The notes: generated by a model not told the origin, from the sequence alone. A DNA stretch of 64,000 nt from Octopus vulgaris (GCA_951406725.2 OX597837.1:23994001-24058000); one strand, 5' to 3'. Numbered from the stretch's first letter, positions 40,053 through 54,155 are shown. Made by a program: numbers and translations.

Positions 40053-40734
40053 ACACACATATACAAACATGCAAATTTGCAGGTTCATTATTCTCAGACT
40101 TCCTTATCCTTTTTCTCCCTGAATGCTCACTTTATTTTCTTATTATCTTTCTTCCAGTAATAGAGATAAGTTGCTTTTCCACGTTAATATAATATGGAAC
40201 AAAATTCTTCTCTTTTGAGGGTTCCAGTGCCAGAAATGCTGGAAAGTATTCTAAATAAAAGGAGTTGTGTCTAAGATTACATTAGTCAAATCACTCTATT
40301 GCTAAAATGCACTGTTTTCACTCAAACAGTGCTACACACAAATAGACTAGCATACTTTGAATTTTAGTACAATAAAGATGATTTTTAAAGCTATATATAG
40401 TCTCACAAGTAGTGTCAGTACGAAATGTAAAAACATGCTGTGAATTAATGTGCTCTGTGCAATTAAATATTAGCAGACATACATAATTTTGGTTTAAGTT
40501 GAAAAGATGGATAATGCATATGACAGAGTAAGAACTGGTCTCCGAAAATAAATATGGAACTTTATATATTTTATATTTATATATTTAATATGAATATGTG
40601 TGTGATGCTGATGTATTCATAATGTATGCGATATACTGCATCACTCTCTCTCTCTCTCTCTCTCTCTTTCTCTGTGTGCGTGTGTAGTGTATGAAGTATA
40701 TGTCATATTTTACATATACACACACAGCTGTAGT

Positions 40735-41055
<321 letters not shown>

Positions 41056-42129
41056 GTGTGTCCGTGTACAGAACAAAGGTAACACTTTTTTTCCTTACTT
41101 AACTGAATACTGCGTAATTAGTTTTCTATTAATATGAATTTCATTTGTTTTAACCTCCATCAATCTTCAACCTTAATTCACCAAAGACAAGTTTTTAATC
41201 TCTCCATTAGCAGACAGGAATTGGTTTTTCCATTCTTCCCATCCACCGTCATTGTTCGTCTTTTCCTTCAGTACTTAACGCATTTAATTTGCTGAGCTTA
41301 TCTTTAGCTCAGCCAATACCCTGAGCTCACATGACACATATAGAAACCTTTCTTATCGCAGACACATTCTTCTAATTGTGTTCACTTAATTTAATTTGTT
41401 ACTTGTTCACTCTTCAATTGAAACTAATTCCACGAATGATACACTTCACCATCTAAGCCATCAAATCACATTAGCACTTTGATCTTCGAGTAATAAATAA
41501 ATAAAAATGAAATGAGAGTTAAATAAAAAGAAAAATCTCAGAGAATGAATTCCTGTCTTAATTATTGTCTGCGAAATATTCAACTCAACCTCTGTACTGA
41601 AGATGGACAAGAAAACTAGGGAAAGTTAGAGAAATTTTTATCAATTTCTTTATATCAACAGTTCTTTCCTTTCTATAAAAAGAAAATATAACTTACCCTG
41701 TCCATCAAAATATGTAGTAAAATAGTAAGTATGCATCAGTGACAGTGGTAGTTAGAAGTAGGGTTATAAGTAGGGTTGTGGGGGAAGGGGTCATTGTTTA
41801 ACCCTGGATCAACTTTCATTGAACAGACTATACAAGATTCTCCTGTCTTTTTGAAGATGCTAGTGTATGGGGTTTGAGGGCAGTTTAGTTTCTGTTTCTA
41901 ACTGGTGAAACAAGCATATAGAGACTTGATAGTTGGTTCAGTTGAGTCTTTATCATTAGCTCATTAAAGACTCATTTGTTAACTAAAGATTCATTGATGA
42001 GTTAAATCCATTGGCCTACAAGAGACTGACTAGCTAGAATTTCGTTGGTTTACAAGAGATTCATTGGCTTACTAAAGATTTGTTGACCCTCTAGTTATTC
42101 ATTGCTAACCAAGACTCATTGGCTCTCTT

Positions 42130-42427
42130 TGTTTGTTTGTTCCTTCTCGAGCCATGCCTGGCTCATAAGAACCGGTTTCTTGGCGTATAGGTTCCCCACC
42201 TGGACGGGACGTCGGTCCGTCGCAGGTGAGCTGCTGGATGCAGGAGGAAAGAGTGAGAGAAAGTTGAGGTGAAAGAGTCAGCAGAGGTTCACCAATACCT
42301 TCTGCCTGAGCCACGTGGAGCTTAGGTGTTTCGCTCATAAACACATACATTGCCCGGTCTGAGATTCGAACCCGTGATCCCTCAACCACGAGTCCGCTGC
42401 TCTAACCACTAGGCCATGTGCCTCCAC
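42130..42427 (-). mobile_element. SINE family B variant
   Basis: tRNA-like head ggaggcacatggcctagtggttagagcagcggactcg. Confidence 0.75.
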
Positions 42428-42639
42428 ATTGGCTCTCTAGGTATTCATTGGTAAAGTAGGGTCATTAACTCAAAAGAGATTGGCTCACTAGAAATTTGTT
42501 AACTTAAAGATTCATTGGTTTACACTATTTCAGGCTTCCACTGCGAAAAGCCACTTGATGCAACCCTCAGGCATCAGTATGCTGACCATCAGCAGCAAGT
42601 GTAATCCTATTGCCACATGGTATGTCTTTGCTCTGTAGT

Positions 42640-43090
42640 GCTTTTCGCCTGTTTGATGATTTTTGCAATGGCTGAAACAAAGGAACAATTTGCTTCCATG
42701 AAATTCTGTTTAATTCTGGGTAAAACAGCAGCTGAAACAGTTGTCATGCTTCTAACAACTTACAAGGATGCCACCATGAGCAAAACAAATTTATGTGTGG
42801 TATTCATGCTTTAGGAATGGACTTTTGTCACTTGAAGACCAACCTCATGCAGGGCATCCGTTGACCTCCTGATCAAACGAAAACATCCTGAAAATTCATG
42901 CTCTGTTCGTGGAAGATTGAAAGCAGTCACGACTGAATGCATGTTGTGAACTGATAGAACAGATGGAAGTTGCTCTGGACCGATGCATTACTTCAAATGG
43001 AGAATACTTTGAAGGTGATAAAAGTATAAACATGTAAAACTAAGTGAATAAAATAATATTGCTAAATTCCGGTTTCTTTTGGCTACCCCG
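42640..43090 (+). mobile_element. Internally deleted mariner transposon
   Basis: EQFASMKFCLILGKTAAETVVML (mariner HTH), C-terminal CITSNGEYFEGDK, TIR-like aaattccggtttcttttggctacccc. Confidence 0.75.
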
Positions 43091-43110
43091 CTCATATATA
43101 TATCTATCTA

Positions 43111-43148
<38 letters not shown>

Positions 43149-43256
43149 ACATACACAAAGTATGTGTTTTAATACCAGGCATATTAACAAGAAAATATTC
43201 TCTTATGCCTATAAATCATTGCCTGCTCATGAACTAGCAAAACACATACCTTGTGC

Positions 43257-43307
<51 letters not shown>

Positions 43308-44045
43308 AAATATTGAATTTCTAAATCTCTCGTAGGGCTATACAGCGGTGGTGTACCCCCTACTGTCACGTTCTTGTTAGATTGACAGTATACAACCACT
43401 CTATATTATTTATATTATTATTTAATTGAACACCATGCATCCATTTCCAAGTAAGTTTATATATATAGTATAAATGATATAATATATATATAAATATATG
43501 CATATATGGCTACAGAATGTCACCAACAGTAAACAACATGAAATACAAAAACAAATGAGTTAAATACGCAAATAACAAGAGAAAAAAAAAGGACAAGTAA
43601 TACAAAGAATGACCCGTCATCAGTTGTCGTCTATCTACTCCCCATTTCGAACTATCAATGACAATATGAGTCTTCAAAGATAGCTGCTCCCTTAAATACC
43701 AAAATAAAATTTGGGATTTATGAAGGGTCAAAGTTAGGAACAAAAGCAGGACAGTGGAGACATACTGAACGAAAACAAACATGGAGGGTCGTTAGACCTG
43801 AAAGGTGGGATATTTGCATATTTAACTTATTTGTTTTCAGATTTCATGTTATCTAGTGTTGGTGATGTCCTGTACCCATATATGTATGCATATATATATA
43901 TATTATTTATATATATATTATTTATATATATATTATTCATATATATATTATTTATACATATATATTATTTATATATGTATATTATTTATATATGTATATT
44001 ATTTATATATATATATATTATTTATATATATATTATTTATATATA

Positions 44046-44089
<44 letters not shown>

Positions 44090-44097
44090 TATATATT

Positions 44098-44134
<37 letters not shown>

Positions 44135-44759
44135 ATACACAAACACATGCATAGAAAGAAAGGAAGAGGGGGAAATCGTATTGCAATCACAGCCAGCCTT
44201 GAAGCAGGAGGTTCTCTCTTTGCTTCTACAATCCCATTTATATTGATTCATTTGATGATATGTTTATTCTTCCCATTTTCACTCCCTCCTCAGAAAGATA
44301 GAATGATACAGACCAAATCTCACCAATTCTTTCATGTGCTATCCAGTAAACATTGAAATTAATTTGATTGTGTACATCGCATTCACTGACTCTAATTTAA
44401 TTTTAACTTTTCAATTTCATTGTATGTTTAATGATATCAAATTATATTTACAATGTTATCAAATTATGTATTAAACAATATCAAATTTCTCCTCATGACA
44501 GTGATAAACTGGATATGTACTGACATCAAATTTATCATAAGCTTTACCTTCATGCTTTCATCGAGTTCACTGTTGTATCTCTCTCTTATTTGACTGTCTC
44601 TGTAGTGGTATTTGCTCACTTCAAAGTGGAAAGTTTAATACTACAGTTATTTTATAAGAACGACGAGAAACATACCAGATTCTCAAGCCTCTTCTGGAGT
44701 GATAAATAAATGATTTTAGTTCAAACACTCCCTACTCTTGAATTTTCAGATATAGATAC

Positions 44760-45390
44760 CTCACCAGTGCTGGTGCCATGTAAAAAGCACCCAGGCCACT
44801 CTGTAAGGTGATTGGTGTTAGGAAGGGTATCCAGCTGTAAAAACCCTGCCAAAACAGACAGTGAAGCCTAGTGCAGCCTTCTGGCTTGCCAGCTCCTGTC
44901 AAATCATGTCAGCATGGAAAATGAATGTTAAAAGTACCAAAGTACCTTGGATCACTGGACGGCCTGTTGTGCTTACCTTGGATCGTAGGGTGACCCACTG
45001 TGCTTGAGGAGATCTATTGAGTCAAGTACATCAACATCAAAATAAAAATCAAATGGAAATTGTAGTTGTGATACCCGTGCCGGTGGCACATAAAATGCAC
45101 CATCCGAATGTGGCCAATGCCATCACCACCTTGACTGGCTTCCATGTCAGTGGCACGTAAGAAGCACCAACTGATCGTGGCTGTTGCCAGCCTCCCCTGG
45201 CACCTGTGCCGGTGGCATGTAAAAAGCACCCACTGCACTCACGGAGTGGTTGGCGTTAGGAAAGGCATCCAGCTGTAGAAACACTGCCAGATCAGACTGG
45301 AGCCTGGTGCAGCCTCCTGGCTTCCCAGACCCCAGTCAAACCGTCCAACCCATGCTAGCATGGAAAAACGGATGTTGATGATGATGATGT
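44760..45390 (+). mobile_element. Two RTE 3' tails in tandem
   Basis: Family match. Confidence 0.7.
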
Positions 45391-45480
45391 TAAAATGATG
45401 CTAACAATGACATGACAACGACAACATTAAATGATGATGGGGACAGCGACAGTGATCCCAAAATGTTTGCCTTCGATTTT

Positions 45481-47818
45481 TGTTATATTCCTTAAAATGT
45501 TGGATTATAATAACACCCATTTCAGTATACAGTATACGACTATCTCCTGACCACTTACTATGTCCTCTAGTACTTTACGTGACAGTGAACTTTACATGGA
45601 GGCACAATGGCCCAGTGGTTAGGGCAGCAGACTCGCGGTCGTAGGATCGCGGTTTCGATTCCCAGACCGGGCGTTGTGAGTGTTTATTGAGCAAAAACAC
45701 CTAAAGCTCCACGAGGCTCCGGCAGGGATGGTGGTGATCCCTGCTGTACTCTTTCACCACAACTTTCTCTCACTCTTACTTCCTGTTTCTGTTGTACCTG
45801 TATTTCAAAGGGCCAGCCTTGTCACTCTCTGTGTCACGCTGAATATCCCCGAGAACTACGTTAAGGGTACACGTGTCTGTGGAGTGCTCAGCCACTCACA
45901 CGTTAATTTCACAAGCAGGCTGTTCCGTTGATCGGATCAACCGGAACCCTCGTCGTCGTAACCGATGGAGTGCTTCCATCCAGTACTTTACGTACTTCTC
46001 TTTACTTATAGTGAATAGGTTATTCCATTCGTCCCATGGCAGGGGTGTACCATTATTACTAATTCCCCACAGCATCTCCCCTTTTAAGTTTTTCTTAGAA
46101 AGTGTCATTCTATTTAGCAATATTTTTTTTTTTATTCACCCTGCCTCCCTGTTTTGAGTTTTTCTATTTTTTCGTACAATTTAATATCTTTTGCGCTTGG
46201 CATCTATTTTCAGGAACTTTGTATGTTTTCTTTCTTCTCACTTGCACACCTGGGTTCAATCACCCGCAGTGGTGCTGATATTTGGAATGTATCATACAAC
46301 CATTCCATTAGTTTCTGCAACTTCTTTGGTTCGTCTTCCGCAAATCTCTTTTTCAGTTGGTTCCTGTATTTTTTTAAAATTTTTTATGCCTTTTCTACTT
46401 TTTACCCAATACATCATGTTACCTATGCATTTGGTAATTACACCATCTTCCCAACTCTGCTTTCCATTCTTGTATGCTCTCATAAACACCTTTTAACCAA
46501 TTTTAAAGAATTTTGTTGTCTTCCCTAGCACTTTTTCTTAAGTTAGCGGCACCGCGCGACGGAAAAAAATAAAATGAGTTTCGAAGGCGTCGACAGCGGA
46601 ACGAAGCGCGCCACTGCCGACGCCAACGGCGAGGTAGGAAGGAAGAGAGAAAATGGTCATGGAGCTCGCAAAGCGTGCAAGCCCCGTCGTCCGAGCGCCA
46701 TGAGGGCGGGCCGACGCCGGCAGGGTGGTTGCGTGGTCGGCAGCAGAGAGTCGCGGCGTGTCGGCGGGCCGCCGCGACCGCTACTGCTGCGCTGTTAGAG
46801 GGCCGAATCAAGAGCATTCGGTGGTACTCGGGCGAGGGGGCCCGGCCGCGACTTACGGCTCGGCAAGTCTCGCGAAGAGACTGCGCGCTAGGAGGCGAGG
46901 AAGAAAAGACGGCCGCGCGTTACGGTGGTCATCGGAAGGCGCCGGGCGGCGCCCACGGCCTAGGCCGAATCGCGCGGTCGGCGAGGCAGGAAGGAAGAGA
47001 GAAAATGGTCATGGAGCTCGCAAAGCGTGCAAGCCCCGTCGTCCGAGCGCCATGAGGGCGGGCCGACGCCGGCAGGGCGGTTGCGCGGTCGGCAGCAGAG
47101 AGTCGCAGCGTGTGACGGCGGGCTGCCGCGACCGCTACTGCTGCGCTGTTAGAGGGCCGAATCAAGAGCATTCGGTGGTACTCGGGCGAGGGGGCCCGGC
47201 CGCGACTTTTGGCTCGGCAAGTCTCGCGAAGAGACTGCGCGCTAGGAGGCGAGGAAATAAAAAGACGGCCGCGCGTTACGGTGGTCATCGGTAGGCGCCG
47301 GGCGGCGCCCCCGGCCTAGGCCGAATCGCGCGGTCGGCGAGGCAGGAAGGAAGAGAGAAAATGGTCATGGAGCTCGCAAAGCGTGCAAGCCCCGTCGTCC
47401 GAGCGCCATGAGGGCGGGCCGACGCCGGCAGGGTGGTTGCGCGGTCGGCAGCAGAGAGTCGCGGCGTGTGACGGCGGGCTGCCGCGACTTATTCGATATT
47501 CTAAGGGCTCTTTTGAAGGTATTGACAAAGCTTTCTGCCTGTCCATTAGATCTGGGATGGTATGACACCATAGTTATATGTTCTACCTTTACTCTCTTTT
47601 ACTCTTTTACTTGTTTCAGTCATTTGACTGTGGCCATGCTGGAGCACTGCCTTTAGTCGAGCAAATCGACCCTGGGACTTATTCTTTGTAAGCCTAGTAC
47701 TTATTCTATCAGTCTCTTTTGCCGAACCGCTAAGTAACAGAGACGTAAACACACCAGCATTGGTTGTCAAGCAATGTTGGGGGGACAAACACAGACACAC
47801 AAACACACACAGACACAA

Positions 47819-47851
<33 letters not shown>

Positions 47852-48160
47852 CGACGGGCTTCTTTCAGTTTCCGTCTACCAAATCCACTCACAAGGATTT
47901 GGTCGGCCTGAGGCTATAGTAGAAGACACTTTCCCAAGGTGCCATGCAGTGGGACTGAACCCGGAACCATGTGGTTGGTAAGCAAGCTACTTACCACACA
48001 GCCACTTCTATGCCTACCACAAACATTTCACAAAATTTTAAAAATTTGCTAGACATAAATAGTCTTCCGTTGTCAGACACTATCTTTTCTGGGATGCCAA
48101 ATCTTATGAACAATTTATGTAAAAAAATTTTCAGTTGAGGACGCTGGTTTTTGTGTGGCA
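45481..48160 (-). mobile_element. Ty3/Gypsy LTR-retrotransposon 3' remnant (integrase core, PPT 46075-46085, 3' LTR 45481-46074), interrupted by SINE A (47588-48013), a GC-rich repeat and SINE B (45598-45977)
   Basis: FGIPEKIVSDNG..CEMFVV|EHITMVSYHPRSNGQAESFVNTFKRAL, in frame once the SINE and its ctacc duplication are removed; VFMRAYKNGKQSWEDGVI; aaaaggggaga|TG...CA. Confidence 0.8.
46545..47488. repeat. GC/CpG-rich tandem repeat, ~352-356-bp unit, ~2.4 copies plus ~80-bp leader
   Basis: ggcgagg(t/c)aggaaggaagagagaaaatggtc recurs at 46628, 46980 and 47336; units are nearly identical. Confidence 0.95.
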
Positions 48161-48345
48161 AAGTTGACTTTGGTTAGATTTGAAGTGAGGGAGCAGTAGG
48201 TCAGAACAAACACAATAACATGTTCTATCCAATATTGTAAGAACTCTACCAATTCACTGCTTCATGTGAAATAAAACCCACTCTTTTACTCCAGCTAATT
48301 AACTTCTAACTATAAGATGTCTTTTTTTTTTTCTCTTTTCCTCAG

Positions 48346-48470
48346 ATAGATGGTGGTGGCGGCATAACTTGTATCCTACAAGATGGAACTGTGTTCGAGA
48401 AAGCTGGAGTCAATATCTCTGTTGTTAGAGGTAAACTACCAGTAGAAGCTGTTCGTCAGATGAGAGCAAG
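48346..48470 (+). CDS. CPOX: CPOX internal exon ([41 protein letters not shown]+AG)
   Basis: Long T tract + ctcag acceptor, AG|gtatgt donor. Contains the hallmark GGGGxxCxLQDGxVFEKAGV motif of oxygen-dependent coproporphyrinogen oxidase. Confidence 0.96.
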
Positions 48471-49085
48471 GTATGTTATACAATGTTGTCGTTGTTTGAC
48501 CCTAGACAAGTCCCGATAAAAAAGATTTAGGATTAAATGACTACCAGTTGTGACATTTCCATATTGGTATATGTCAGGGAGTATATTATTCAATGTAAGA
48601 CAAAAGGGTGTGATTTGAGAGAGATATAGCTGCTATAGAGGAGCTTTCTCCATCTGGGTTGCGGATCCGTGGAACAAGCTGCCAGACGAGATGGTGAAGA
48701 TGCCGACAACCGCTTTGTTCAAAGTCTCCCTTGACCTCAAGTGGCCTGAACTCTTTACATGAACACCACCCTGTACTTAACTCCATGTCCCCCTACATGG
48801 CCTTGCTATTTGCTTTTGAGCCAATTTAACTAACTAACTAACTATTTATTTGCAGCAGTCTAAGGGACTGCGTAGAGAATATTTCATTAGTTAGGTATAA
48901 AGAGTTCATTAGTGTGACTGCAAAGTCCCTGTTAAATCTGTCTACATCTTCAATGTCCAAAAGTTTCTGAACTGCTCCCATTTTGCTTGGATGCCTCAAG
49001 ATTTGTAAGATAAAAGTGGGGTTAAACCATATGGCACTTACTGTTAATAATTATTGACACTATAGGAAGAAAATTCAACAATTTG

Positions 49086-49747
49086 ACGCAGGAGTGGCTG
49101 TGTGGTAAGTAGCTTGCTAACCAACCACATGGTTCCGGGTTCAGTCCCACTGCGTGGCATCTTGGGCAAGTGTCTTCTGCTATAGCCCCGGGCCGACCAA
49201 TGCCTTGTGAGTGGATTTGGTAGACAGAAACTGAAAGAAGCCTGTCGTATATATGTATATATATATATATGTATGTGTGTATTTGTGTGTCTGTGTTTGT
49301 CCCCCTAGCATTGCTTGACAGCCGATGCTGGTGTGTTTACGTCCCCGTCACTTAGCGGTTCGGCAAAAGAGACCGATAGAATAAGTACTAGACTTACAAA
49401 GAATAAGTCCCGGGGTCGATTTGCTCGACTAAAGGCAGTGCTCCAGCATGGCCGCAGTCAAATGACTGAAACAAGTAAAAAGAAGAGAAAAAGAGAATTG
49501 AAAGCTTGGATGAGTTCTAAGGGTTCTTTACAAGTTAATTGGGGTTGTGAATATTTAAACATTAAATGCATGAGGGAAATGAATGAATTGTGAATATGGT
49601 TGTGCAGTAAGAAGCTTGCTTCCCAACCACATGGTTCTGGGTTCAGTCCCACTGCATGACACCTTGAGTAAGTGTCTTCTATTATTACCTCAGGCTAACT
49701 TAAGTCTTATGAGTAGATTTTGTAGATGGAAACTAAAAGAAGCCCTT

Positions 49748-49794
<47 letters not shown>

Positions 49795-50068
49795 GCAATG
49801 GGCTTCTTTCAGTTTCCATCTATACACACACACACATATATATATATATATGCATGTGTGTGTGCATGTCTTTGTTCCAAGTTTGTCCCCCTCTCACCAT
49901 CACTTTACAACCAGTGTTGGTGTGTTTACATTCCCATAACTTAGTAGTTCAGCAAAAGAGACCAGACTTCAAAAAATAATAAGTACAAGGGTCAAATCAT
50001 TTGGCTAAAAATTCTTGAAGGCAGTGCCCCAGCATGGCCACAGCCTAATGACTGAAACAAGTAAAAAG
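49086..50068 (+). mobile_element. Two SINE family A copies (49086-49495 young, 49595-50068 diverged)
   Basis: Family match. Confidence 0.8.
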
Positions 50069-50600
50069 ACACCCACGTAAAGAAATATGTTTATTTTTAG
50101 CATACTGTAACCTGTCCGGGACATCGAGGTGTTTCTGTGGCCTGCAGCAATTTGCTCTTTCAACCAGTGTAGAAATGCTGAACGAATTGAAATCAAGCCA
50201 TATAAAATATATTCAAACATCAGACACACATACACATATCTATGTAAACATATAAATGTATATGGGAAACATTACTGAACAGATTGTGGAAAATAATAAC
50301 TTTTGCTTATATTCAGCAGCTGCTTCCCACGATTGGCACAGTTTCACTCTCTTCACATTCACTCAAGCAAAATGCTTCCATTAATTTTAATTATATTTAG
50401 AATTACTTTATAGGCACCGGTGTGGCTATAGGGGCAGGTGTGGTTGTGTGGTAAAAAGAAGTTTGCTTCCCAAACACATGTTTCCAGATTCAGTCCCACT
50501 GTAAGGTACTCCAGACAAGTGTCTCCTACTGTATAGGTCCAGGCTGACCAAAGCATTATTGAGTGGATTTGGCAGATGGAAAATTAAGGAAGCCCATCAC

Positions 50601-50647
<47 letters not shown>

Positions 50648-50650
<3 letters not shown>

Positions 50651-51030
50651 AAATTGTAGCTGTGATATCAGTGCCGGTGGCACGTAAGAGAAGCATCTGA
50701 ATGTGGCTGTTGCCAGCGCTGCCCCGACTGGCCTCCGTGCCGGTGGCACATAAAAAGCACCATCTGATCGTGGCCATTGCCAGCCTCGCCTGGCTTCAGT
50801 GCTGGTGGCACGTAAAAAGCACCATCCGATCGTGGCCGTTTACCAGCCTCGTCTGGCACGTAAAAAGCACTCACTACACTCTCGGAGTGGTTGGCATTAG
50901 GAAGGGCATCCAGCCGTAGAAACATTGCCAAATCAGACTGGGCCTGGTGCAGCCTTCTGGCTTCCTAGACCCCAGTTGAACCGTCCAACCCATGCTAGCA
51001 TGGAAAGCAGGCATTAAATGATGATGATGA
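50648..51030 (+). mobile_element. RTE 3' tail with ~60-bp subrepeats
   Basis: Family match. Confidence 0.75.
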
Positions 51031-51279
51031 TATATATTAATAGTTATTGCCAAGCTAATATGGCAGTCCAGAAAAATAGGACAAATGCTGCCATTGATTA
51101 GCTCCAAGAGGCCATCACCTCCAGCTAGCTATGTGACACACAAACCTGTGTCCATTACAATCTTCTGCCATGTTAGCTTGGTGATAACTAATAATATACA
51201 GTATTGGTGCCGTAGTCTCCCTTAGAGAGATTTAGAAACAATAATATTTATATATGTATGTATAGATATGTGTGTGTGT

Positions 51280-52615
51280 ACATAACGACGAGGGAACCAG
51301 GCTGCTGGAGTTCTGCGATGCAAATAGTCTTATGGTTTGCAACACTAACTTCAGGAAACCTACCAACTACCTAGTCACCTACCGATCAGGCCGATATACT
51401 AGCCAAATCGACTACATCCTTGCCAGAAATAGGGAAAGATGGCTGCTTATAAATGCCAAAACCTTCCCAGGTGAAGAATGTACCCCACAACATAGACTGG
51501 TAGTTAGTGACTTTAGGATCAGGACTAAGAGGATGACCAACATGGAGAAGAAGGGTCTGGTAGCTTAAAAATCCTGTGAATGGACAGAGATTTAGAGACA
51601 TATTACTTGAAGCCTTTGACGAAATAGAAGGGGATATAGCTTCACATGGGGTAGAAGACAACTGGAGGTCTCTAAGGGACAACATGCTGAGAGCCACTGA
51701 CCAGATGTGTGGTTGGTGCAAAGTCCCCTCGAGACCCAAAATAACGCGGTGGTGGAATAATATTGTTGACAAGGCTATTAGACAAAAGAAACAGGCTTGG
51801 AAGGACTGGAAGAATGGTGGTAGCAGGGAAGTGTATCAAACTACCAGAAGGGAAGCTAGGAGGTAGGTGTATTTAGCCAGAGGGGAAGCAGATAAGAAAA
51901 AATTTGCCAATGTTCTGCACCGTGAGGATGAAAGACTTGAGGTATTTCGTGTTGCAAGACTGTGTGTGAGAGAGAATCGTGATGTGGTAGGAGAGAAATG
52001 TGTTTGCATGGATGATGGTTCACTTGCGCTAAATGAGGATGCAAAGAGAGAGGTTTGGAGACGCCACTATGAAAGGTTGCTGAATAAAGAAAATGAATGG
52101 GATAAAGAGAGTCTGCCGAATGTTGACCCAACAGAGGGACCAGCTATCCGAGTTGACAGTTCCTTGGTAGTTAAGGCAATTATAAGCATGAAGACAGAGA
52201 AAGCCCAGGCCCATCAGGAATTACTGCAGAGATGCTCAAAATATCTGGTAGTGTCGGCTATAGCCTAGTCACCCGTATAGTTAACCAGATGATACACGAA
52301 GGAGTCATTCCCAATAACTGGTGTATCAGCATAATAGTCAACTGCTACAAAGGTAAAGGTGACGCCCTAGATACAAATAACTACAGGGATATCAAGCTGT
52401 TGGATCAGGTAATGAAGGTTACAGAGAGGGTCATAGCCCAACTAATTAGAGAGAGAGTTACTTTAGATGAGATGCAGTTTGGGTTTATGCCAGGGAAAAG
52501 TACTACTGATGCTATATTCCTGGTAAGACAGCTGTAGGAGAAATACATAGTCAAAGATAAGTCCCTGTACCTGGCTTTTGTTGACATGGAGAAAGCCTTC
52601 GACAGGGTCCCCCGA
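51280..52615 (+). pseudogene. RTE-type LINE ORF fragment (AP-endonuclease C-terminus to RT start), disrupted
   Basis: NDEGTRLLEFCDANSLMVCNTNF..SQIDYIL..PQHRLVVSD; [38 protein letters not shown]; contains stops and frameshifts. Confidence 0.92.
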
Positions 52616-52890
52616 TGAATATATATGTATATATATATATGTATGTATATGTATATATCTATGTATATGAATATATATGTATGTATATGTATATATATAT
52701 GTATATGCATATATATGTATATACATATATATGTATATATATGTATATGTATATATATATGTATATATATATATATGTATATGTATATATATGTTTGTGT
52801 ATATATGGAAGCACTCCGTCGGTTACGACGATGAGGGTAGTGTATATATATGTATATATATATATGTATATATATATATATGTGTTTGTA

Positions 52891-52937
<47 letters not shown>

Positions 52938-53023
52938 ATATATATATATATGTGTGTGTGTATATATATATGTATGTATCTATACATATATATACATATA
53001 TGTAATATATATATATATCTATA

Positions 53024-53076
<53 letters not shown>

Positions 53077-53680
53077 GTATTTATATATATATATTTATGT
53101 ACTTATGTGTATATATAGATGCGCGTGTGTGTGTGTGTATGTGTATGCGTGTAGATATGAATCAGTAGGTACGTGTACGTATGTGAATATACGTGAATGT
53201 ATGTAGATGTATGTGTGTATGAATATAACACGTGTGTGTGTGTATGAGTATGAGTGTACGTGTGAGTGTGTGGGCGTGAGTGAGTGCTTGCGTTCGTATC
53301 TGTGAGTAGATAGATAAACGGATTCTTTAGATCATCCCTTGAGACCGGCTGACCGCGGTCAAGATAAAAATAAAGATATAAACAAAAGTAATAAAATTAA
53401 AATAAGGGAATAAAAATGTGTGTGTATGTGTGTGCATGTATATGCATGTGTATATGTGTGTATGTATATATATGTGTGAATGTGTATACATATATGTATA
53501 TATATGTATGTGTATTTGTGTGTATGTACATGGGTATGTGTATATATATGTATATATATATGTGTATATATATGTATATGTATGTATGTGTATATATATG
53601 TATGTATATATGGGTATGTATGTATATATATAGATATATGTGAATATGTGGGTGTATATATATATATATATATGTAGATG
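52616..53680. repeat. Degenerate TA/TG microsatellite blocks
   Basis: Directly visible; includes a 33-bp remnant of the SINE B 3' tip at ~52806-52840. Confidence 0.9.
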
Positions 53681-53894
53681 TACAAGTGAGAGTCTCCTTA
53701 CTTACCTAAAACTCTATTTTTCTATTTATTCTTTTATTCTTTTATTTATTCTTTTATCTACTTTACCACCGATTCCTTTGACCACTCCCCTAATAATGAC
53801 AGTTTTGCGCCATGCCTACCCCCAAAAAAGTCCCCCACCACCACCCATTTAAACCTGCCTAAATGTATAAATGCCAAAACAACTCTTGTCTACT

Positions 53895-53945
53895 AGCTTC
53901 CTGATGATTTCTTTTGAATGAAACAGTTCTAGTCCTGTAGAAGCT
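53895..53945 (+). ncRNA. Type I hammerhead ribozyme motif with intact catalytic core
   Basis: agcttc-CTGATGA-tttc-tttt-gaat-GAAA-cag-ttctagtc-ctg-TA-gaagct: 6-bp stem I, 4-bp stem III, GUA cleavage triplet. Confidence 0.75.
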
Positions 53946-54007
53946 CCTTCTATATAATAAATATATATATATTTATATATATATATAACGTATGTGTACA
54001 TATATAC

Positions 54008-54060
<53 letters not shown>

Positions 54061-54123
54061 TATATAATGGATGTATACATATATATATATATATATATAC
54101 ATATATATATAACAGATGTATAC

Positions 54124-54155
<32 letters not shown>

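Noticed and set aside
41685-41760. Strong minus-strand donor (CAGG|GTAAGT) suggesting a nested antisense exon
   Set aside because: No convincing acceptor or coding frame found.
46503-47656. GC-rich ORFs suggesting a horizontally acquired gene
   Set aside because: Openness follows from high GC and tandem repetition; the frame shifts between units and no domain is recognisable.
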